NCBI GenBank assembly: GCA_013265495.1
Contig: MU057651.1
Coordinates: 1,499,674-1,563,673 of the forward strand
Length of the DNA stretch: 64,000 bases
From: Vicugna vicugna
Taxonomy: Eukaryota
Direction: 5' to 3'
Shown here one piece after another: positions 54,567 to 64,000 of this stretch. Each line of letters opens with the position of its first letter. Positions within the stretch are counted from its first letter, which is position 1. The notes below the pieces were generated by a model. That model was given only the letters and a program-made list of their open reading frames with translations, was not told the DNA's origin and searched no databases. A program made the translations under genes and the position numbers.

Positions 54567-55550
54567 TGCTAGGGAATGGGGATACAGTGGTATGCAAAAC
54601 AGACCCACTCAATCATTCTGTCTAGGGTGGGAGACAGATATGAAGTCAGTAATTCTTACCTTATCGATCATGATAAGTATGGAGAAGGGGTGGGGTGGGG
54701 GTGGGGGTAACATATTCTGGAGGATCAGCCAAAGCTTCTCAGAGGAGGTGGCTTCCAACTGAGATCAAGATCCGACTCAAAGTGGTGAATTGGAGTGTGG
54801 GGAGGGGCAGGTGTGAGACACCCTTCATTAACATCACCCTCAAAGACGGAAGATGTGCTAAACACCTTAAATACCCCAGCGTTACCCTTCACTTAGTCTA
54901 GGGAGAAATCATTGAAATTTTTATCCGATCTTTTCCTGAAGCTGTTTGTAACCTCAACATGTATAACCTCTCATGAGAACAGCAGAACTCAAAAGCAGAC
55001 TACCTTGCCCCACAGTAGTTGTGTAAACTTGGGCAAGTTTCTTAATCTCTCTGTGCCAGAGTTTCCTCCGTCTGTCAGATGAGGATGACAATGTTGGTAG
55101 TGTCCACCTCAGGGGGTGGTTATGAGGACTAAATGAGTCAATGTATGCTACCTACTTGAAATAGTGCCTGGCTTATAGTAAGTGTGAATACATGTTAACT
55201 CCTGCTATTGTTGTCGATTATGTGTTTGATACTTTTTCTAGGGTATGCTAGGGTTTCCTTTTCTTCCTGCTAACATTGCCCCTTTCATATTCTGAGGAGT
55301 TCCACTTCACTACACTCTCTTGCTTCAGGATTTAGTTAATAAGCCAATAAGACAATGGTTAACCTGTACTGGACACTCATGTTCCAGATTCTGTGTTAAA
55401 CAGTTTATGCATAAATCTCACCTAACCCTCAAAGTTTTAATAGTCCATTTAAATCGAGAAAACTGAGGCTCATTTTGAGTAGTAATTAGATGGTATTAAA
55501 GAATTACAGTTTCAAAAAGAGTTAGCCACATGAGCACCAATATACAAATA

Positions 55551-57041
55551 TGAGAGACAGAATATAAAAATGGATGATGACCATCCCATATATAGAAAGA
55601 GAAATCTGACCCACAACCTGCAGCAAATGCCCAGAAAACCAACTCTATCTGCAATAACCAGTCCAGGAAGGCAGCCTACTATGAGTCAGACTCATAGGAA
55701 GTCAGACTGCTATATCTAGGAACAATCCAGGAAGCCAAATACTAACTTCTGTAACAATCAACCCCAAATAGCCAGAACTTGATTAATAATTGACAGTTCC
55801 TCTAATTTTTGTCCCAGCTTCCAGTTTAGAACCAACCAAAGAAAGCCAAATATGCATCTCTAACGAATCACATAGGATGCCCTGGGTTTTTTTTTCCCCC
55901 CAACCAAAAAGTTTATTAGAATTTCACTGTTACAAACACTTGTAAGAAATCTTGGGACATAGGTTCTTGGCACTGAAATGGACTTTTCATCTCCTGGAAT
56001 TCTACCATCTTCTGATGTTTGAATCCTCTCTTTAATTTAACTGACAAGTTTATATTTTTCTTTAACTATTTTTGGTGAAACTATTACATTTAAACATGAA
56101 TATTTAAGTTTTTATGAAGCAAAACATACATCAGCAAAAGTGCACAAAATGTAAATGCATAGATCATAAATGTTCAGTGAATTATCAGGAAGTGAATACA
56201 CAAATTATCTTCAATCTGAGTAAAGAAAAAACATTTTTAGCATCAACTAAGTCCCTCTTAAACCCCTTTCCTGCTCATATCATCTACAGCTTCCCTAAAG
56301 TAGGGCTGCCAGATAAAATACAAAATGCAATATTCAGTATCTACTTATGCTAAACAAATTTTCCTTGTTTATCTAAAATTTAAATATAACTGAGTGTCCT
56401 GATATTTTTTCTCTAAATTGGACAATGTTTTTGAAGGTAACTTCTTCTCCTTAATTCTAACAACATAAATTAGTTTGACCTTAAAAAAAAACTTTATGTG
56501 AAATGAGATCAATATATTATGAATAATTTTCCCCTGTGATTTCTTTTATTCCACTTTATGTGTGTGAACTTCACCCATTGTTCACTTTTATTGCTAGATT
56601 CTATTTGTTTGAATACACTGCAGTACAGTCTTCATTATAATATTGATGGACATTTGAGTAGTATCGAGTTTGAGCAATCATAATTAATGATGCAATTAAT
56701 GTTCTTGTACTTATCTGTTGGTACTCATGTGGATAACTCTTTTTGAAACTATAATTCCTTAGTATCATCTAATTGCCACTCAAAACTCAAATTCCCTGAA
56801 TTGTCTCAAAAATAAGATGCCCTGCTTCTAGTTAGCCTGCCTATAGTTTCCCCATGCCAATAGCCCCTGAGTCAGGGCATATCCAAAGCCTTTCCTTTTT
56901 CCACTATAAAACTTTCCCACTCCTCTGCCTGCCTTTGAGTGTCTGCCTAAGACTAAGTGACAGTGACTGACTCTTGTTAGCACAAGCTCAGAATAAGTAG
57001 CCTCTGCTTGTTCTTACTTGGTTGGTCTTCACTCTTTCACA
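55551..57041 (+). mobile_element. ERV1-type solo LTR interrupted by a retroposed insert (55885-56811)
   Basis: TG...CA ends; internal ccaggaag repeats; CCAAT/TATAAA-like motifs; host rejoins at gatgccctg. Confidence 0.7.
55885..56811 (-). pseudogene. Retroposed 3' end of an unidentified transcript
   Basis: Poly(T) on plus, AATAAA on minus just upstream of the tail, 13-bp TSD ata(g/a)gatgccctg. Confidence 0.7.
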
Positions 57042-58168
57042 TTGACATCTTAAGGATCACAAAGCTAGTAAGTGGCAGAGCTAGGATTCAAACTGCGGTC
57101 TATCAGTCTCCAGAGTCCCAAGTCCTTAAACAATGTACAATACTGTCTTCCCACACAGACTTCTAAGGTGTTCTTGAATTATACATTTTAGATGGCATCC
57201 TCTTCACCTTTTCCCATTGAAAGGAGGTAATCTGTTTAGGATTCCCTGATGCAACAGCCCCTGCCTCCAAGATAACTGGAGGCTCTGTCTCTGTACCTTC
57301 TCTAGCTCATCGCACAATTGGAGGTGTAACCTACAAGCAATAATCACAGGGCTGACAACACCTGGGGTCAGAATATGTGCTTTTTTTTTTAACCCGTGGA
57401 ATTTATCAATAAAACAGATAAATGGATAAATCTTAAGTTGGAGTTTTAAGTCTAGGGTCCTGCTCTTGCTCTTAAAGTCTTTAGGAGTGGGGGAAAAAAA
57501 AACCTACTGCCAGATATTTTCAAGTATTCCTTCAACTCAAATACTATGACGGTGGGTGGAATATGAGGAATTTTATTTCCCAAACAGCTTAAATTTAAAG
57601 ATGTACTTCTGAGGAAAAATATTTTCAACCTAAGCTAAAAGGGAATCTTACTTAGTGAAGTTTTTACGGCTTTAAAAATACTAATGTTGTGTTTAAAGAC
57701 AACATGATACTTGTCTTTAAAATGTATTAAAATGCTTAAAGTATGCTACTGAATATAGATGAAGAGTAGCAGGTCTAAAAGTAATATTCCTTAGCAGACC
57801 AGAGACTATTTCCAAAATCTTTGTTAGTCCTAATTTCTATGAGCCTGAGGCCAAATTCACTGATCTGAGTGTTTAAATAAAGGCTAGAACCCTGGTCTCT
57901 TAACTCCAGGTCCACATACATAATGCTTATATACTTAGTTTATTTATTTTTCCACAGGATACCACTTTAATAGCACTTAGGCAGAATCAGCTTTTCTTAG
58001 AGTTTTAGCGAAGGGTGCCATAGGTCCAGCCTCAGCATCTTACGAGAAAGTAAGATCCAAAGTTGGATGCAGGAGCTGCCTAATTACTGATTTCTTTGAA
58101 CAGAGCTTCGATCACGGGTACCTCTCTCTAGGGCAGCATCACTTTAATCCTTGGTAAAAATCAGTATC

Positions 58169-58428
58169 TTTTTTTTTCCAGTTTTATTAGGTAGAATTAT
58201 TACAGTTTGCACATATACATTATATTGCATGTAAATACATATATACAATATGGTGCACATTTTTTTAGTTTACATATGTGTACTGATCATTGTTTCTAAG
58301 AACAGATTAGAGCTTTAGCTTTTTAAACTTACATAGTTATCAAAGGAATAAAGCCAACCACAAAATAAGAATCAACAGAATATGATAATCCAATCATAAA
58401 GGACAGTCAAATGTGTTTACACATACAG
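58169..58428 (-). pseudogene. Poly(A)-tailed retroposed fragment of unknown source (related copy at 45258-45368)
   Basis: T-run plus minus-strand AATAAA; ~100 nt shared with 45267-45368. Confidence 0.6.
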
Positions 58429-60659
58429 AACATGTGCTATTATCTGGGCTGGCACTATGAGTAGACAGTGTAATCCAGATAAAGATCTAACATTTGTTGA
58501 GTTCTTCCTATGTGCCAAGCACTGTGCTAAATATTTTATATGCATTCATTATCTCATTTAATCCTCAGAACCATACTAGGAATCAAATAATGCTCTAATC
58601 CCCATGGTGTGGATGAGGAATAAGAAACACAGGGGGCTCCAGCAATACTGATATGACTTCAGGGGATGGAGAAAACGTCTTCACTCTCCAGAACACTTCT
58701 GGGTAGCTCCTACCTGAATTCCCATTATTAAGAAACCGCTGGTTTTATCAAAATGCAAATCTCCCCAGAAGAGGCAATACATTCCGCCTTTCCAGCCCTT
58801 CACACTTCAGTTGGAATGAACATATCTCAGGTCTATTTCTGACTGCTGAGTTTGACAGGCAGAAAAGTGGAGAAGCAAGGATATCCTCAGTGAGGGCACA
58901 GACTTTGGGACATTTACTGACTATTGTGTCATGTGGTGAAGCATCAGAGAGCGGACCCTAGCTTCTGTTTCATTTTCAGTATCCTTCCCGATTAAGAACA
59001 CTGTCAGACCTCCCCATTTCTATTCCCCAAGCTTTCTTTACGCTCTAGACCAGACCATTCCTTCCCCTTGATATCTTTTTCTGCTTCATGAAAACCAGGT
59101 TATCAAATCTTTCCCTTAAAGCTCCTTGATACTACCACTTCCTCCATGCAGCCTCCTTTGATTAAGACTAGATCTGAGGAACCAGAGGAAATGATTGCCA
59201 ATGTTTGCAGTTCAGCCTGACCATTCAACGCTTATCATCCAAGGACCGCTGCATGTTCCAATCTGTGTGTTCTAACAGACTTTGGCAAAGCCCACAACCT
59301 GAGTGGACAGATCTGGTTTTAATATAATCTGGTTGTCTTATGTAGTCAGAGTGTAATTCAGCACCCTGTCCTCAGCCCTCCAAGCATCCTATCTCCATTC
59401 CTCTTTTTAGGAAGTTTCCAAATGGATGGTTTGGACCAATCAGCTATCACCGAGTCAAAGCAATTGAAAAGAATGAGAAAAACTAACAAGTCAATATTCT
59501 GTGTCCACTCTTAGCTAAGCTTTTGATCTGTGGTCCGGAAAGCATGCCTGAATCGGTGTTTTCATAATAGCTGCCCTCCCCCATGTTGCTGCCTAAACTA
59601 CTTGCAGAAAAGAGAGAGAGGAGGCTGTAAAGAGAGGAAAGAGAAGAGTTAAGCAATGTGTGCTAATCCCAGCTGATTGGTAGGTAGCTGCTGTCTTGTG
59701 AGGGGGGTTTTGAGGCCACGTCTGGGGAGAATGGGAAAGTGAGTCTGCCTGAGTAATGAGACCTGCTGCGGGCACGGGAAGAGAGAGGGGAAACAGGGCA
59801 CCAGCTCTGCTCCAGAACTGTTAAGGGTATCTAGAAATGTGGACTATTTGCTGAGTCCTATCTGCTAGTGCCTGGCTGGCTGGTGAGAAACATTCCTCCA
59901 AACATCTGAGTGAATCAAGTGACTTGGTGGGAAGACAGCCAGGTTAAGGACTATTTTGGGGGCTATTATCATGCACCATGCCTATGTCTCCTGCATTGAG
60001 AGCACACGTTTGCCCTGGGTGCCCTGTAAGGAGGCTGATGTTGCCTTTACTAGGGGTCGTCTCTAGTCACTGTGCCCACACTGAAGGGTGCAGACAGAGA
60101 TGGGGAGACAGACTCCTAGCCACTGAGGGTTTCTCAATCTACCGGGAAATTCTGATATGCAAATTCGTATCTGAACCATAAAGCAGATTGAAATGTATCC
60201 TGTAAGAACAGATTAAGGAAAATGCTGTTGGAGCACAAAGGGAAGAAATGAGCTTTAACCTACAGGAAGTGGGATTGAGGCCTCAGAGAGGGAGATCATC
60301 CAGGTCCTTATGGAGGAGCCAGCCTCTGAACCAGGCCTTGACAGTGGAGTAGATTTTAAGGTGTAGAGAGGAGGAGGAAATGCTTTCTTCAGGGTCTCCC
60401 TGCCTGTGCTTCAGTGGCTCTCAATCTTATTTACACCCCAACATCCCTGAGGAATATGATGTATCCCACCCAATCCCGTATCAAAATTGTTGAGAACCTC
60501 CAGCGTGCCTGGCTGGGAGCCAGAGGCTGCAGTGGTGCGGTCCCGCCTCTCCGCTGGGGGACCGTGCTTCTCACTGGGAGGATCTCCGCTCCGGTCGCCC
60601 GTTCTACCAGCTACCCATCCCACTGCAGCCAGAGCCTGCTTCCTTGCTTTAGTTTCCGT

Positions 60660-61670
60660 TTTTTAGCATTTTATTTATTTTTTAATAAGAAATACATGCA
60701 AATGAGCCAAAAGATGCAAAAGACTATAAATAAAAAGTAAGTTTTTTCCCCCAAAACCCTACCATGTCTAATGATTGTTAACAGCCCCTCATGTATTCTG
60801 CAGGAAAGAGTCCATATAAATACAAGCAAATATACATATACTTTTACAAATGGCAGCATATCAGACACGTTGTTCAGCATCTCACTTTTCTCCCACAGAA
60901 ATATGCATCTTTGAGACGCTTTATATAAGCACATAAAACAAGTAGCCATTTTATAGCTGCACACTATTCCTTCATATGGATTTGCTATGAATTATTTAAC
61001 CTGTCTTCTGTGGACAGGTATTCAGGTTTTCCACAATGGGAGTATATTTGTCCGATAAATTCTTTTTCTATTTCTTTGTTTTACTTTGGGGGGGGGAGGT
61101 AATTACGTTTATTTATTTATTTTTAATGGCGGTACTGGGATTGAATCCAGGACCTCGTGCATGCTAAGCAGCTCACTCTACCACTGAGCCATACCCTCCC
61201 CCCGCCGTCCAGGAAATTCTTCAGAGTGGGATGGCTGCATCAGATGATGTGGGCCTCTGTAACTTTTATACAATGCTTTCCATGGTGATGTTCCAATCTA
61301 CACACCCACCAGCACAGTGTGTTATCACACTTTTTCATATCCCTCAATCTGACAGGTGAAAAATGAGATCTTATTGCAGTATTAAGTTGCATTTCTCTTA
61401 TTATGAGTGACATTGAGCATATTTTTATATGTTTAAGAGCCATTTGTGTTTTCTCTTCTGTGAACTGCTTGTTCACATCCATTGCCTATTTTGTCTGTCG
61501 GCTTAGTGGTCTTTTCTTTATTTTAATTAATTTATTTTTTATTGCAGTGTAGTTGATGAACAACATAAGTTGCAATTCTAATATTATGTCTGGCCTTTAT
61601 TAATTTGCAACAGCTCTTTATGTAGTAAAGAAAAGAGCTCTTTGTGATATAAATTGCACATTTTTCCCAC
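60660..61670 (-). mobile_element. Old L1M antisense fragment with a nested vic-1-type SINE (~61063-61204)
   Basis: gttgcatttctcttattatgagtgacattgagcat...gccatttgtgttt; SINE flanked by aaattct duplication. Confidence 0.75.
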
Positions 61671-62247
61671 AGGTTAAAGATCCTTCATTTTAGTCATGAT
61701 ATTTGTAATTTCTCCCATTTCTCAGTCAGAACAGGTAGCAAAGTGACTGCTGAGGAGCTCTCCCTGCTTCACTATTGTGTACAGTCTAGGGAAGTTCCTT
61801 TCCTTCTTGCCTTACCTCTTATATTCCGGATCCTAGTTTTGCTACTCCTTGCTAAAATGTTAACTGGTTAGTGATTATCCGCCTTTTCAATTCAAGGAAT
61901 CCTTCAGAATCTGATTCAAGCTCTGTACCCAATGCCCAGAGATATACTCACGCACCTACATTTCCTTTTAGGGAGTTCACAGTCCTTCTGAAGAGTAGTG
62001 TTTCTTGAGTTGTGTCCTAGGTACAACCTGTATTAGGCTCTCTTGGGAGCCATGTTTAAATTACAGACTCCTGAGCACCTCACTAGAGTGAAGAAATCAG
62101 ATTCTTTGCAAATGGATGGGGACATGGGATTTTCATGTAAACACACTCTGATAATTTTGACACACACTAAAGCTTCCCACAATTTAGGGACGTCCATGGA
62201 ATCAGGTTAAGAACCCCAGGTTAAAGTCTCAGTCCTCAACTAGAACA

Positions 62248-62561
62248 CAGTTGCCCCTCCATCTCCCCAGTTTGCACATCCATCAGTGCAACCAAATGTG
62301 GACTGAAAATATTTGGGACAAAAATTCCAGAAACTTCCAAAAAGAAAAACTCAAATTTGCCATGCACTGATAACTACACAGCATTGACATTGGGCACTGG
62401 GCATTTTAAATAATCTAGAGATGATTTAAAGTATACAGGCAATGTGCATAAGCTATGTGCAAATACTATACAATTTGATACAAGGGGCATGAGCATCCGT
62501 AGATTTTGGTATTCACAGGAGTGCTGGGACCAATTCCTCTCAGATACCGAGGGATGGCAAT
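62248..62561 (-). mobile_element. MER2-like DNA transposon
   Basis: Reverse-complement similarity to 1002-1351 (aaaattccagaaacttc, aataatctagagatgatttaaagtat). Confidence 0.78.
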
Positions 62562-63344
62562 ATTTGAATTCTGACAGGAAAACTTGAAAGAGGCGAAAGC
62601 TCAGGATTCAAGACTCAAATGAAGCTATAAAGGAGAAGTGACTGATAGGGAAAATGACACTTGTGTGGGGGTCTCTCAAATTATACCATGTGGTTATAAG
62701 AGCATCCCAGTCTGTGTGTGCATGTGTGCATGTGTGTGCGTGTGTGTGTGTGTGTTTGGGAGAATCACACTTGCAGCTCTTTATCTTTTTTGATATGTAG
62801 ATTTAAAAAATGACCTTTTCAATCTTTCTCCCACTCTCTTCCCCTTCTTTCTGTCTCTTCTTTCATTAAAGCACAAACCAAGCACATCCCCACTCCAAGA
62901 GGAGAAGGTACAGTTGAAGGATAGAGGGCTTCATACACAAAGCAGGCTTTAGGGGGGGCCTGAGTCTTGCAGGAGCAGGCCATGGATAAGGGGGACTTGA
63001 CTAGCATTTGATTTTTTCACAGAAGACTGTGCTAACAGAAAACAGTCACTTGGTCATCAAGACCCCAGCTCTTGGTCTCTGGGGGCAACAGGGCCATTCT
63101 TTTGAGTTGGTGGCACTTTCTCCTCCTACAAGCAGCCTCCCCCAGGGGATCCAGTGGCCTCCTTTGTTGATCAGTGTCTGCTTCTTTCCATGAAATACAC
63201 GATATGTTCTGACTACTCTCTTATAGCAGAGTCTTTTAATTGTGTGGGCATCTATCTGGACAAAAGCACCATACACACAATCTGCATAGGGTGCCGGGGA
63301 TGGTCCATGGAGTTCCTGAAGCCCATCCAAGAGCTGCCTAGAGC

Positions 63345-63520
63345 TATCTTTCCCCAATGCCAGCCCGGGACTGCTGAGCATCTGGGTCACTCAGAAGCTT
63401 GTTAGAAATCCCAGCGCCTACGCTTCATTCCAGACCTATTGAACCGGCATCTCTGGGGCCTCTGCCTGGACAAGTTCTCCAGGTGGTTCTGATACAGACT
63501 GAAGTGTGGGACCTACTGAG
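63345..63520 (+). mobile_element. MER5A-like hAT element
   Basis: agcttgttagaaat...cagacctattgaacc..ctctgggg..caagttctccaggtggttctgat. Confidence 0.65.
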
Positions 63521-64000
63521 TCAGAGTTCAGAACACAGCTGGAGGATTTCTTCCTGTGTTAACTGGTGTGTGGGGGGGGGAGAGAGAAAGAGAGAGAGAG
63601 GGAGAGAGAGATCCCATGGGAGTCTTCTCCGAGGAAAATCAGAGAGCCCCGGGGAACGCAAGGCACTGGGGGCAGTCACGTGGGCCTAACATGTGAGTCT
63701 CCAATAAATAAGGCGAACACACTGATTTTGTTTTATTCCCAGATCAGACTGTTTGGGGGAGCGTGCTGGGAAGCCAGGTCTGCTTGGGAGATGAGAAAAT
63801 AGCATAGTCCAGCCTAAGAGCTCTTCAATGATTCTCTTTATAGATACAGTCTATCTCAGCCTGCTGTCCTGGAAACATGGGCTTGGAAATGGAGGTGGAC
63901 AGCCTGCTGCTGCTCAGAGGGGAGGGGAGGCTCAGGTGAAGGAAAGGCTGGGTAATAATAGAGCATCTGGTCATGGCAGCCTGCCCAGCTTCCGGCAGCC

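Overview
Mammalian genomic DNA, most likely a camelid (alpaca/camel), inferred from nine copies of a vic-1-type tRNA-derived SINE. It is probably X-linked, since TMEM164 is X-linked in eutherians. The only protein-coding gene is the 5' end of TMEM164 on the minus strand: a CpG-island promoter partly hidden by a 511-nt assembly gap, a probable non-coding first exon, and the first coding exon (codons 1-130, 11190-10801). Bases 1-10800 are the following intron. The remaining ~51 kb is repeat-dense upstream intergenic DNA (ERV1/MaLR LTRs, L1, L2, MIR, MER DNA transposons, microsatellites). I see no evidence of a wholly new gene system. The most interesting signals are: (i) an inverted pair of solo LTRs ~3-5 kb upstream of TMEM164 whose outer ~400 bp look homogenised by gene conversion; (ii) an out-of-frame uORF overlapping the TMEM164 start codon; (iii) an exact 34-bp templated insertion copied from 1.7 kb away; (iv) several poly(A)-tailed retrocopies of non-L1 transcripts, most with TSDs; and (v) a nested LTR stack. 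Repeat family names come from recalled consensus resemblance, not from a database search.
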